Below are positions 49,574 to 59,908 of a stretch of DNA of 64,000 nt, one piece after another; within the stretch, counting starts at the first letter, position 1, and the number at the start of each line of letters is the position of its first letter. The stretch is from positions 1,440,001 to 1,504,000 of the forward strand of contig CBDHDG010000006.1 in assembly GCA_965261595.1 (NCBI GenBank), in the 5' to 3' direction. Under the pieces are notes generated by a model. That model was not told the DNA's origin, ran no database searches, and saw only the letters and a program-made list of their open reading frames with translations. The stretch is from a bacterium. Lineage in GTDB: Bacteria > UBA8248 > JACPRG01 > G963555815. The position numbers and the translations under genes are program-made.

Positions 49574-51133
49574 ATGCAATTCATCGGTTGGATGTACGAC
49601 ATCGCGCGGGAGCAGGCGCCGAGCGAGGACCGGCTGCGGGAGATCCTCGGCCGGTCGAAGGCCGCCGGCTATACGGCCGTCGGGCTTTATCTGGAACACC
49701 GCTTCGCGTATCCCTCGGCCCCCTGGGCGGCCGGCCCGGGATGCCTGACACCCGACGTGGTCCGCCGGCTCCGCGCCGAGGCGGTTTCGACGGGGCTGCG
49801 GGTCGTCCCCTTTCTCAATACCCTGGGCCACATGGAGGGCTTCATCCGGTCCGAGGGCGGACAGTGGCTGGCCGAGGCGCCCGGGGGGGAAACGCTCCAG
49901 ACCTGTCCGAGCCGCCCCGAGTGCGCCGAGTTCGCTTGGAACCTGGTCTCCGACGCCATGGACGCGTTCGATGACGAATGGGTTCACCTGGGGGGCGACG
50001 AGACGCACCAGCTGGGGGCGTGCCCCCGGTGCGCGGAGCGCGCGCGGAAGATCGGCAAGGCCGGTCTCTACGCGGAATACCTGGGCCGCCTCTGCCGCAA
50101 GGTGCTGGACCGGGGGGCCCGGCCCTGCCTGTGGGGGGACATGCTCGCCCGACATCCCGAAGCGTTGGACAGCATCCCCCCCCGGACGTTGATCTTCGAT
50201 TGGAACTACGGCGGATCGCCGGCGGAGACGACCCGTTTGTTCCGCGCGCGCGGCTTCGACGTGATTTGCTGCCCGGCGGTGCGGTCTTACGATTCCGGGT
50301 GGTGTTTTCTGGATGAGACGCGGCGGGTCATCGACGCGCACGCGGAGGACGCGGGGCGGCTCGGGGCGCTGGGCGTCTGGGTCTGCGCCTGGGAGTTCTT
50401 CGGCTTCTCATCCTTCGCGTCGGTCTTTCCGCTCATCTTGGCGGCCGGCCGCCGCCTCTCGCGCGGGGGGGGGGAGGGGGGGAAGGGGGGGGAGGACTGG
50501 GCGGCCGCGGCGGATGCCGAGGGCGGCCCCGGTTACGCCCGGGCGGCGGAGCTGTTGGGCGGCTCGATCCCTTCGGCCTCGCCGTTCCTGGCCCCCGGAA
50601 CCTGGCGGTCGCTCCGGGAGGGTCTTGTCCTGCGGGGAAACCCGTTCGATTTGTGGAGGGCGTGGAGGGCCGAGGCGGGCGGACCGGCGGGCGACGCGAT
50701 CCTGCGGGCCTGCGACGAAGCGGAGGCGCTCCTGCCGGAAGAAAGCCCGATGCGGTTTCCTGTCGAGGTGCACCGCGTGGCCGTCGAGTGGGTGCGGTTG
50801 GTGGAGGGGGCTTATCGCCGCTATGCCTCTTGGGACGTGGAAGGCTGCGCCGCCTCGCTGGTGCCGGGGCGCGCCCTTCTGGGTCGCCTGCGGCCGGGTC
50901 TGGAGGGCGTTGCCGCACAGGGCGGATCGGCCATAGATGTGGCCCGTCTCGATCGCCTCCTCGATGTCCTCGATGAGGTCCGCGCGCGCCTCGGTCATCT
51001 GCCAAGCGGCGCTTCCCGGCTGCCCGCGTTCGAGACGTTGGTGGACGGGGCGTACCTGCCCGGCGATCAGGCCGCCTGGGGGACGGGCCTTGCGGCGCCC
51101 CCCCCCCCCCCCTCCCCCCCCCGAGGCCGATGA
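49574..51133 (+). CDS. Glycoside hydrolase family 20-like protein
   Basis: GLYLEH, VVPFLNTLGHME, catalytic HLGGDE, LWGDM, DWNY. Confidence 0.8.
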   Translation: MQFIGWMYDIAREQAPSEDRLREILGRSKAAGYTAVGLYLEHRFAYPSAPWAAGPGCLTPDVVRRLRAEAVSTGLRVVPFLNTLGHMEGFIRSEGGQWLAEAPGGETLQTCPSRPECAEFAWNLVSDAMDAFDDEWVHLGGDETHQLGACPRCAERARKIGKAGLYAEYLGRLCRKVLDRGARPCLWGDMLARHPEALDSIPPRTLIFDWNYGGSPAETTRLFRARGFDVICCPAVRSYDSGWCFLDETRRVIDAHAEDAGRLGALGVWVCAWEFFGFSSFASVFPLILAAGRRLSRGGGEGGKGGEDWAAAADAEGGPGYARAAELLGGSIPSASPFLAPGTWRSLREGLVLRGNPFDLWRAWRAEAGGPAGDAILRACDEAEALLPEESPMRFPVEVHRVAVEWVRLVEGAYRRYASWDVEGCAASLVPGRALLGRLRPGLEGVAAQGGSAIDVARLDRLLDVLDEVRARLGHLPSGASRLPAFETLVDGAYLPGDQAAWGTGLAAPPPPPSPPRGR

Positions 51134-51189
51134 TCCTCCCGCCGAACCGCTGCCCGGGGAAAATCGATTCACATCGGAGTCGATTTGAA

Positions 51190-51678
51190 TCATTCACCCG
51201 CCCCCCTGAAAGGCAGGGTGTTCCAGTCGGGCGGGACCCGGACCGCAACGACCTCCCCGCGCGCCGTCTCCTTCCCATTGGAATGGACCGAGCAGCGCAG
51301 GACGGTCTTCTTCGGCTTCGTCTCCAGGATCGCGGCGCGAAGCGTCACCGGCCGGTCGATCGCCGTCGGATGCAGATAGGACACATTCAGCGCGCCGGTG
51401 ACGAATCGGATGGGCGGGTCGGCGCCCATCGCCCGGCCTTCGCCCCGGTAGGCCGCCGCGACGGCGGTGCAGATGGAGTGACAGTCGATGATCGTCGCGA
51501 TGATTCCGCCGTTGAGGACGTTTCTCGGTCCGGCGATGTGAAAGGCCTTCGGCTGCCAGTCGCAAACCGCTTCGTCCCCCGACCCATAACTTTTGATCCC
51601 CAAACCATGATCGTTCCGGCGCCCGCAGCCCCAGCAATCGCAATCGAACAATTTTTCCTGGAATGCCGTCCGCTCCAT
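51190..51678 (-). CDS. PaaI/hotdog-fold thioesterase
   Basis: CWGCG..N..GL, LNGGIIATIIDCH, VTGALNVSYLHP. Confidence 0.85.
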   Translation of the reverse strand: MERTAFQEKLFDCDCWGCGRRNDHGLGIKSYGSGDEAVCDWQPKAFHIAGPRNVLNGGIIATIIDCHSICTAVAAAYRGEGRAMGADPPIRFVTGALNVSYLHPTAIDRPVTLRAAILETKPKKTVLRCSVHSNGKETARGEVVAVRVPPDWNTLPFRGAGE

Positions 51679-51916
51679 TCGCGTCTTCTCCCAATTCGGC
51701 CATCGGGAACCCAGGATGCCCAAAGGCACATGTTAATTTGCTTCAGTGAAACCCGTCAATTTGCCTGAATGATTCCCGTCGGGAACCCGCGGGGTTTTCG
51801 GTGGGGCGCCCCGTCCGAGGCGGCCGTGTGGGGGGAGGAAAGATGCGGTATGCTCGGGCAGGATGACTGCCGGGGGTGGTGTTCTTTCCGCGAAACATAT
51901 GGAGGCGAGGGGGCGG

Positions 51917-52717
51917 ATGGGGGCGGTGAGTCGAGAACAGATCGAGGCGCTGGCCGAGCGGCTGCGCCGGGCCGAGGAAACGGGCAAGCCGTGCGGGCCG
52001 ATTCGCGACCATCTGCCCGAGGGCGACGTCGAAGCCGCCTACGCCGTGCAGAGGGCCAACACCGAATTTTGGACGAAGCAAGGCCGGCGGCTCGTAGGAC
52101 GGAAGATCGGCCTGACCGCAAAGGCCGTCCAGCGGCAGCTCGGCGTCGACCAGCCGGATTTCGGCATGCTCCTGGCCGACCGGACCGTGGGCGACGGCGA
52201 AGAGATTGACCCGGGCCTCATCATGCAGCCGCGGGTGGAGGCGGAGATCGCCTTGATCATCGAGCGCGATCTCACGGCCGAGCGGCCGACTGTCGCCGAC
52301 GTCATCCGGGCGACGGCCTTCGCCATCCCCGCCATCGAGGTGGTTTCGAGCCGAATCGCCGATTGGGACATCCGGATCGTCGACACCATCGCCGATAACG
52401 CCTCCTTCGGTCTCTACGTTTTGGGCGGCCCGCCCAGATCCCTCGACGGCCTCGACCTTCGCCTCTGCGGGATGGTGATGGAGCGGCGGGGAGAGCCGAT
52501 CTCCTTGGGCGTCGGCGCGGCCTGTCTGGGCAACCCGCTGAATGCCGCCGCCTGGCTGGCCCGGAAGATGGTCGAGGTCGGCATGCCCCTTCAGGCGGGC
52601 GACGTCATCATGACCGGCGCCCTCGGCCCCATGGCCCCGGTGGCCGCGGGGGACGTGATCGAGGCCCGAATCTCGGGGCTGGGTTCGGTCCGGGCCGTTT
52701 TCGCGGAAGGAGCCTGA
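51917..52717 (+). CDS. mhpD: 2-keto-4-pentenoate hydratase
   Basis: [45 protein letters not shown]. Confidence 0.88.
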   Translation: MGAVSREQIEALAERLRRAEETGKPCGPIRDHLPEGDVEAAYAVQRANTEFWTKQGRRLVGRKIGLTAKAVQRQLGVDQPDFGMLLADRTVGDGEEIDPGLIMQPRVEAEIALIIERDLTAERPTVADVIRATAFAIPAIEVVSSRIADWDIRIVDTIADNASFGLYVLGGPPRSLDGLDLRLCGMVMERRGEPISLGVGAACLGNPLNAAAWLARKMVEVGMPLQAGDVIMTGALGPMAPVAAGDVIEARISGLGSVRAVFAEGA

Positions 52718-52721
52718 GAGG

Positions 52722-53513
52722 ATGGCGAACATCAATCGGCTCGCCGAGATTGTGGACGACGCCGCCGTCCGGGCGGAGCCGATCCCCCAGCTAAGCATGG
52801 ACAATCCCCTGACCGTCGAGGAGGCCTACAGTGTCCAGGCGGCATCGGTGCGGCGGCGCGTGGCTCGCGGCGAGCGCCGGACGGGCGTCAAGATGGGTTT
52901 CACCAGCAAGGCCAAGATGGCGCAGATGGGCGTGGACGACCTGATCTGGGGGCGGCTCACGGACGGGATGATCGTCGAAGACGGCGGAGAGATCGATCTC
53001 CGGACCTTGATCCATCCCCGCGTGGAGCCGGAGATCGCCTTCCTGCTGAAACGGCCCCTGCCCGCGAAGGTGACGATGGCCGAGGCGATGGCCTCCGTCG
53101 AGGCGGTCGCGCCGGCGATGGAAATCATCGATTCCCGCTACCGGGATTTCCGGTTTTCACTGGCCGACGTGATGGCGGACAACACGTCCGCGGCCGGGTT
53201 CGTCATCGGGGCGTGGCATCCACCCGACGTGGACGTGTCGAACCTGGGCATGATCCTGGAGATCAACGGCCGGCCCCGGCAAATCGGCTCCTCGGCCGCC
53301 ATCCTGGGTCATCCGGTGCGGGCGCTTGTCTCGGCGGCGCGCCTTTCCGCGGCGGCGGGAGAGCCGCTCCAGGACGGCTGGATCGTCCTGGCCGGGGGGG
53401 CCACGGCGGCGGAAAGTCTGGCGGCGGGGGACCACGTCCGGACCGAGGCCGAGTCGCTCGGCCCGGTGTCTTTCTCCGTCGGCGGTTCGGCGGATGAGGG
53501 CGCGGCGGGATGA
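52722..53513 (+). CDS. dmpH: 4-oxalocrotonate decarboxylase
   Basis: KMGFTSKAKM.QMGV, IHPRVEPE, EIIDSRY..FRF, ADNTSA, AAILGHP. Confidence 0.85.
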   Translation: MANINRLAEIVDDAAVRAEPIPQLSMDNPLTVEEAYSVQAASVRRRVARGERRTGVKMGFTSKAKMAQMGVDDLIWGRLTDGMIVEDGGEIDLRTLIHPRVEPEIAFLLKRPLPAKVTMAEAMASVEAVAPAMEIIDSRYRDFRFSLADVMADNTSAAGFVIGAWHPPDVDVSNLGMILEINGRPRQIGSSAAILGHPVRALVSAARLSAAAGEPLQDGWIVLAGGATAAESLAAGDHVRTEAESLGPVSFSVGGSADEGAAG

Positions 53514-54262
53514 ACGCCGTCGATCTGTCCGGCCGCGGGGCCGTCGTGACGGGTGCGGCGAGGGGGATCGGGCGGGGGATCGCCGAGCGTCTCCTGAAGT
53601 CGGGCGCCCGCGTTTCTCTATGGGACATCGATCCGGCGGCCCTAGAGAAGACGGCCGGGGCGTTGTCCAGGCTGGGCGAGGTTCACCGGGCCGTGGTCGA
53701 CGTGGCGGACGACGCGTCGGCGGAGAAAGCGGCGAAGGCCGCGCGCGAGCGGCTCGGGGCCATCGACATCCTCGTCAAGAACGCGGGGGTCTCCGGTCCC
53801 AACCTGGCGCTTTGGGAATGCCCGGCCGAGGAATGGCATCAGGTCATCCGGGTCAATCTGGTGGGGGTGTTCCATTGCGGCCGGGCGGTCGTTCCCTTCA
53901 TGATCGAGAAGGGTTACGGCCGGATCGTGAACATCGCCTCCGTCGCGGGGAAGGAGGGCAACCCGAACGCGTCGGCCTACAGCGCCTCGAAAGCGGGGGT
54001 GATCGGGCTGACCAAGTCCCTCGGCAAAGAGCTGGTGCGGACCGGGATCCTGGTGAACTGCATTACGCCGGCGGCGGTCGAGACGGACCTCTTCCGGCAG
54101 ATGACCGAAGAGCACGTCCGGTTCATGCTCTCGAAGATCCCCATGGGGCGGTTCGGCCGGATAGAGGAGGTCGCCGCCATGACCGCCTGGCTCTGCTCGG
54201 AGGAATGCTCCTTCACGACGGGCGGGGTGTTCGACCTCTCGGGTGGAAGGGCGACGTATTGA
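53510..54262 (+). CDS. SDR family oxidoreductase
   Basis: TGAARGIG, NIASVAGKEGNPN, YSASK, FDLSGGRATY. Confidence 0.92.
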   Translation: MNAVDLSGRGAVVTGAARGIGRGIAERLLKSGARVSLWDIDPAALEKTAGALSRLGEVHRAVVDVADDASAEKAAKAARERLGAIDILVKNAGVSGPNLALWECPAEEWHQVIRVNLVGVFHCGRAVVPFMIEKGYGRIVNIASVAGKEGNPNASAYSASKAGVIGLTKSLGKELVRTGILVNCITPAAVETDLFRQMTEEHVRFMLSKIPMGRFGRIEEVAAMTAWLCSEECSFTTGGVFDLSGGRATY

Positions 54263-54507
54263 GCGCCACCTTGCGAGAATCTTCCGCTGATTTCCTGCCA
54301 AGCCGGAAAGACTTTCAATCCTGAATCCATGGTGATGATTGCCGCCCGCCAAGCGGCTCAGGGTTCTGGGCTGACTTGACACACTGCCTTTGTTCAATGT
54401 ACGTTTAGCGGACGTATTTATTTTTCTTCCAAAATGTAAGCGGGCGAATCGGACGGGGGAATCGTTGTGTCCGGCGTCATCCCCGCGTTTCAGGGGGGGG
54501 GGATTGT

Positions 54508-56556
54508 TTGAACAGACAGAATGGCTCCAAGGAAACTGTCATCGGGATAGACGTGGGGGGCACGTTCACCGATCTGGTGGGTTTGGACCCCGAGTCCGGG
54601 GATCTCAAAGTTCTCAAGGTGTTCTCCACGCCTGACGATCAGGCCCGCGGCCTCCTGCACGGACTGACGAATCTCGGAATTCCGATTGACGCCATCGGGA
54701 TGGTGGTCCACGGCTCCACCGTGGCGACCAACGCCGTCCTCGAGCGCAAAGGCGCCAAAGTCGGACTCCTGACCACGAAGGGTTTTCGGGACATCCTCGA
54801 GATCCGGCGCCGGGATCGGCATCACGACTACGGCCTGACGGGCGATTTCAAACCGCTTGTTCCGAGAGACCTCCGCTTGGAGGTGGACGAGCGGAGCGAC
54901 GAGAAGGGCGCCATCCTCACGCCGGTCGATCCGCAAGAGATCGAGCGGCTCGGCAGGCGGCTGCTCGATGAGGGCTGCGAAGCCGTCGTCGTCAGCTTCC
55001 TTCATTGCTACGCCAACCCGGCCAACGAACAGAAGGCCAAGGAGGTCCTGGTCTCCTTCTGGCCCAATGATTACATCGAGCTGTCCTCCGAGGTCCTGCC
55101 CGAATTTCGGGAGTTCGAGCGCACCAGCACGACGGTCGTGAACGCGTACGTTCGTCCCCTGGTCTCCCGCTACCTGCGCTCGGTTCGGGGGCGGCTCCGC
55201 GAGGACGGCTTCGACCGGGACATCGTGATGATCCAGAGCAACGGGGGCGGGATGAGCCTGGAGGCGGCCGAGCGCTACTCGGTCAACACCGTCCTGTCGG
55301 GTCCGGCGGCGGGGGCCATCGCGGCGGCGTACATCGCCTCCCAAGCGGGTAACACCGAGGTGATCTCGGGCGACATGGGGGGCACCTCCTTCGACGCCTG
55401 CCTCATCCGCGGCGGCCGGCCCGAGGTGAGCTCCGACCGGGCTCTGGAGTTCGGCATCCCGGTGCGCATCTCGATGATCGACATCCGAACCATCGGCGCG
55501 GGCGGCGGCTCCATCGCCTGGGTCGACTCCGGCGGGTTGCTGGAGATCGGCCCCCATAGCGCCGGGGCGGTCCCCGGACCCGTCTGCTACGGCCGGGGCG
55601 GGAGCGAGCCCACGGTCACCGACGCGAACCTCGTCCTGGGCCGGATCAATCCCGAATACTCCATCGCCCGGGAGGATGGATTCACCCTCGGCCTGGAACC
55701 CGCCCGGCGGGCGATTGAGGAGAAGGTCGCGGCGCCCCTCGGCCTCGGGGTCGAGGCGGCGGCGGAGGCCGTCATCCGGGTCGCCAACGTCAAGATGGCC
55801 AATGCCCTGCGGGTCGTGAGCATCGAGAAGGGCCACGACCCCCGTGAGTTCGTCCAGGTCGGGTTCGGGGGGGCGGGACCCTTGCACGCCGCGGCCCTGG
55901 CCCGGGAGCTGGGGATCCGGCACACCTTGATCCCATACCTGCCGGGCGTGACCTCCGCGATGGGGTGCGTCCTGGCCGACATGCGCCACGACTGGGTCCT
56001 AACGCTGAACGTCGCCCTGGACGACGTCGATATCGGGGACATTCACGGCATCTTCGAGGACCATGTGCGAAGGGGCGAAGAGGTGCTGGCGAGCGCGAGC
56101 GCCTACGTCGAAAGCGCCGTCCACCTTTTCGAGGCCGACATGCAGTTCTCCGGCCAGACCCACACCGTCCGGGTTCCGCTCGCGTTCGGCCGGCCCGCGG
56201 CGGAGGAGATACGCGCGAATTTCCTGAAGGCGTACACGGACCGGTACGGCGATGTCCTCGTGGATACGGCCGTGATGGTGGTGAACCTGCGCACGGCGGT
56301 CATCGGCGTCCGGCCCAAGGTGGACTTCAGCTCCCTGTTGGACAAGATTGGGGGCGACCCCTTCAAAGGGAAGCGGCGGGTTTACTTCGGCCGGCAATGG
56401 TATGACTGTCCCACGTACGAGCGGCGGCGCCTGCCCGTCGGTTTTCGCGGGGACGGCCCGGCCGTCATCGAGCAGGCGGACGCCACGGTGTTCGTGGAGC
56501 CCGGGATGGCCTGGTCCGTGGATGAGTGGGGCAACATTCTTCTGGAGGTCGATTAA
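54508..56556 (+). CDS. Hydantoinase A/oxoprolinase family subunit
   Basis: GIDVGGTFTD, HGSTVATNA, SGPAAG, DMGGTSFD, FGGAGPLHA. Confidence 0.93.
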   Translation: MNRQNGSKETVIGIDVGGTFTDLVGLDPESGDLKVLKVFSTPDDQARGLLHGLTNLGIPIDAIGMVVHGSTVATNAVLERKGAKVGLLTTKGFRDILEIRRRDRHHDYGLTGDFKPLVPRDLRLEVDERSDEKGAILTPVDPQEIERLGRRLLDEGCEAVVVSFLHCYANPANEQKAKEVLVSFWPNDYIELSSEVLPEFREFERTSTTVVNAYVRPLVSRYLRSVRGRLREDGFDRDIVMIQSNGGGMSLEAAERYSVNTVLSGPAAGAIAAAYIASQAGNTEVISGDMGGTSFDACLIRGGRPEVSSDRALEFGIPVRISMIDIRTIGAGGGSIAWVDSGGLLEIGPHSAGAVPGPVCYGRGGSEPTVTDANLVLGRINPEYSIAREDGFTLGLEPARRAIEEKVAAPLGLGVEAAAEAVIRVANVKMANALRVVSIEKGHDPREFVQVGFGGAGPLHAAALARELGIRHTLIPYLPGVTSAMGCVLADMRHDWVLTLNVALDDVDIGDIHGIFEDHVRRGEEVLASASAYVESAVHLFEADMQFSGQTHTVRVPLAFGRPAAEEIRANFLKAYTDRYGDVLVDTAVMVVNLRTAVIGVRPKVDFSSLLDKIGGDPFKGKRRVYFGRQWYDCPTYERRRLPVGFRGDGPAVIEQADATVFVEPGMAWSVDEWGNILLEVD

Positions 56557-56558
56557 TC

Positions 56559-58295
56559 ATGGCTGTGGATCCCGTCACACTGGCCGTCGTCAAGGCGAGC
56601 CTGGAGTTCACCGCCGATGAGATGGACACCGCCATGATCAAGACGTCCTTCTCCCCCGTTATCGCCGAGGGCCACGACCGGGCCAACGGCATCTATGACG
56701 GCGTGACGGGCGAGGTCATCGCCCAGGGGGACGACGCCCTGCCCATCTTCGTCGGGGCCATGCAGTTCACCGTTCAGGCCACCCTCAAGGTGGTCGATGA
56801 TTTCAAGCCGGGCGACATCTTCATGGTGAACGACCCTTACACCGGCGGGACGCACTTGATGGACGTCTCCCTCCTGAAGCCCTTTTATTATGAGGGGAAG
56901 ATTTTCGCGTGGCTGGCGAACACCGGCCACTGGCCCGACATCGGCGGCTCGGTTCCGGGCGGGTTCGTGGCCGACGCGACGGAGATCTTCCAGGAGGGCC
57001 TGCGCCTTCCGCCGGTCCGGCTGTTCCGCGAAGGGGTGATGAACAAGGACATCTGGAACCTGGTCCTGGCCAACATCCGCGTTCCGGAGGAGCGCACCGG
57101 TGACATCACCGCGGCCGTCAACGCGCTCCACGTGGGCGAGGTCCGGCTTCGCGGCATCCTCGACAAATACGGCCTGGAGACGGTCCGGGCGTGCATCGAC
57201 GAGATGAAGATTCATTCCGAGAAGATGATCCGGGCCCACATCGAAGCCATTCCCGACGGTGTTTATACCTTCGAGGATTACATGGACAGCGACGGGGTGA
57301 CGAATGAGCCCTTGACCATCCACTGCGACATGACGGTCAAAGGGTCCGACATGCACCTGAACTTCAGCCGGTCCAGCCCGCCGTGCAAGGGGCCGACCTC
57401 GAGTGTGCTGTCCAACACCATCGCGGCCTTCTACGTGGCCATCAAGCACGTCTTCACCGATGTGCCCGTGAACTCGGGGTTGTTTGTCCCCTTCACCTTC
57501 GATGTCCCGGACACCACCTTCCTCAACTCGAAGTTTCCCAAGCCCTGCGCGGCCTGCACCGCCGAGGTCGGCCAGCGGGTGGTGGATGTGGTCTTCGGGT
57601 GCCTGGCCCAGGCCATTCCCGACAAGCTCTTCGGGGCCCCCTTCTCCACGAACAACGACCTCGTCGTGGGCGGTCATGACCCGGAGACCGGGAAGGACTA
57701 CGTGATTTACATCTATCAGGGGGGCGGGTACGGCGGCTCGATGGTCTCGGAGGGCCTGACCAACGGGGCGTCGACGATCGGAATCTCCCGGGTCCCGCCG
57801 GCGGAGCTCTACGAGCAGCGATACCCCTTCCGGGTGAAACACTTCGAGCTTTTCGAGGACTCGGCGGGATCGGGTCGGCATCGGGGCGGGTTCGGCACCT
57901 CGTACAAGTTCGAGCTCCTGCGGGGTGAGGGCGTTTGCTCGGTCATCGGCGACCGGGGGAAGTTTCCGCCCTTCGGCATCCTGGGGGGGAAGCCCGCGCG
58001 CCTCAGCGAAATCATCTTTAACCTGGACGGCAAGGAATACCGGCCCGAGCACGTGACGAAAGCCGCCCGGGTGCGCCTGAAACCGGGCGACACCATCGAG
58101 GTGCACTCCCCCGGCGGGGGCGGGTACGGCGATCCCCTCGAACGGAATCTTGAATGGGTGCAGGAGGACCTGCGGAGCGGGCGCGTTTACCGCGAGACGG
58201 CGGAGCGGGATTACGGAGCGGTTTTCCTGGGGGACTCCACTGTCCTGGACATCCCGGCCACCGAGGCCCGGCGGAAGAAGCTGGCGTCAAAATAA
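56559..58295 (+). CDS. Hydantoinase B/oxoprolinase family subunit
   Basis: NDPYTGGTHLMD, GHWPDIGG, FQEGLRLPP, DSAGSGRHRGG, PGGGGYGDP. Confidence 0.93.
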   Translation: MAVDPVTLAVVKASLEFTADEMDTAMIKTSFSPVIAEGHDRANGIYDGVTGEVIAQGDDALPIFVGAMQFTVQATLKVVDDFKPGDIFMVNDPYTGGTHLMDVSLLKPFYYEGKIFAWLANTGHWPDIGGSVPGGFVADATEIFQEGLRLPPVRLFREGVMNKDIWNLVLANIRVPEERTGDITAAVNALHVGEVRLRGILDKYGLETVRACIDEMKIHSEKMIRAHIEAIPDGVYTFEDYMDSDGVTNEPLTIHCDMTVKGSDMHLNFSRSSPPCKGPTSSVLSNTIAAFYVAIKHVFTDVPVNSGLFVPFTFDVPDTTFLNSKFPKPCAACTAEVGQRVVDVVFGCLAQAIPDKLFGAPFSTNNDLVVGGHDPETGKDYVIYIYQGGGYGGSMVSEGLTNGASTIGISRVPPAELYEQRYPFRVKHFELFEDSAGSGRHRGGFGTSYKFELLRGEGVCSVIGDRGKFPPFGILGGKPARLSEIIFNLDGKEYRPEHVTKAARVRLKPGDTIEVHSPGGGGYGDPLERNLEWVQEDLRSGRVYRETAERDYGAVFLGDSTVLDIPATEARRKKLASK

Positions 58296-58368
58296 ACTGA
58301 CGACGGCGCCGGCCGGCCGCGTTATCGAGTCCTGTATGATTACTGTCCTATCCGCGTCTCGCGGGAAT

Positions 58369-58443
58369 GGGCCGGTGCAGAGCCGGGGGCCCCTACATGT
58401 CCTTTGAGGATCGCGTGTAAGGGCGGGGCTCCGCACCCGCCCG
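58369..58443. repeat. Degenerate GTAG-type REP-like doublet (different family)
   Basis: GGGCCGG...GGCCCCTAC, then GTAAGGGCGGG...CCCGCCC, in the same inward arrangement as the 664 and 34480 copies. Confidence 0.4.
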
Positions 58444-58492
58444 AGAAATGTCGGGTGATCCCCCGGGGCTTTCGTTGCTCCGCCACGCATAG

Positions 58493-59763
58493 TGACCCGC
58501 CCCCTAAAGTTGTACCACTTTTTGAGTTAGTCTCTTCTCCCCGATATCCGAAAGTGTAGGGATGCCCGGAGGCATTGGTTCGATGGCCTCCGGCGCCGGG
58601 GGCCGGTAGCCCAAGGCACTATGGGGCCTTACCCGGTTGTAGAGTTGTCGCCATCTCTCCACCAACACCTTGGCCTCTGTCAGGGTGTAGAAGATCTCCC
58701 CGTTGAGCAGCTCATCGCGCAGCTTGCCGATGAAGGACTCCACATAGCCGTTCTCCCAGGGACTGCCCCGCTCGATGTAAAGCGTTCTCACCCCAAGACG
58801 GGTGAGCCACCCTCTCACCGCATTCGCCGTGAACTCCGCCCCGTTGTCCGAGCGGATATAAGCCGGCAGGCCACGCCGGACGAACAACTCGGTGAGGCGG
58901 TCCAGGACGTCCTCGGAGTTGAGTCTTCTCTCTACATCAAGGGCCAAGCACTCCCGGGTCAACTCATCCATCACAGCCAGCATCCGTAAAGGCCGCCCAT
59001 CGTGCGTCCTCGCGGCCAGGAAGTCGTAGGACCACACATGATTCCGATAAGACGGACGCTTGCGAACACAAGAGCCGTCGTTCAGCCATAAACGCCCTCG
59101 CTTGGGCTGTCTCTTCGGCGCCTTCAGGCCTTCCTGGCGCCAGATCCGCTCCACCCCCTTGTGATTCACTCGCCAGCCTTCTCTTTCCAACAGAGCCGTT
59201 ATCCTCCGGTAGCCGTACCGTCCGTACTCGCTCGCCAGCTCTGTCACCCGCGCCACCAAACGGGCCTCATCGTCAGGGACCTGGGCAGAGCGCCGCTGAG
59301 TCGAGCGGGCCTGACCCAGCACCCGGCAGGCGCGACGTTCGGACACGCTCAGCTTCTCCCGCACATGCTCCATCGCCCGCCGCCGCGCAGGCGGGCTCAG
59401 AAGTTTCCCTGGGAGGCCTCCTTCAAGATGGCGTTATCCAGGGCCTGCTCGGCCACCAGCTTCTTTAGCCGGGCGTTTTCCTGCTCCAGTGTCTTCAGTC
59501 GTTTCGCCTGGTCCAGGCGCAGGCCTCCGTACTCCCGCCGCCACCGGTAATAGGTCTGCTCGGAGATCCCCAGCGTCTTGCAGACCTGAGCCATCCTCTG
59601 CCCATTGGCCAACTCCACCTCGGCCTGACGAAGCTTGTGGATGATCTGCTCCGCGGTGAATCGCTTCCGACTCATCATTGCCCCCTTTCTAGGCCAATCC
59701 AGTCCCGAAAGCCGTGCGAAAATCCTAACTCTCAAACCGGACCGGTTTCAGGGGGGCAGGTCA
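58493..59763 (-). mobile_element. IS3-family (IS407-like) element (orfA 59397..59678, orfB 58504..~59400)
   Basis: Ends TGACCCGCCCCCTAAA and TTTCAGGGGGGCAGGTCA; GGGAAAC at the orfA/orfB junction; WSYDF, RSDNG, SPWENGYVES; flanks CATAG/AATAG. Confidence 0.93.
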
Positions 59764-59908
59764 AATAGGACTTTCATTTATGCCAGCTTCAAACGTCTTA
59801 ACGTATGGAATTCTTTCGCGATTCGCCGACAACCTTTTTCCGGCTTCGCGTGGTTGAGTTGAAGACAATGTACCGAACCGGAATGAAACACTCGACACGG
59901 GACGCCTC

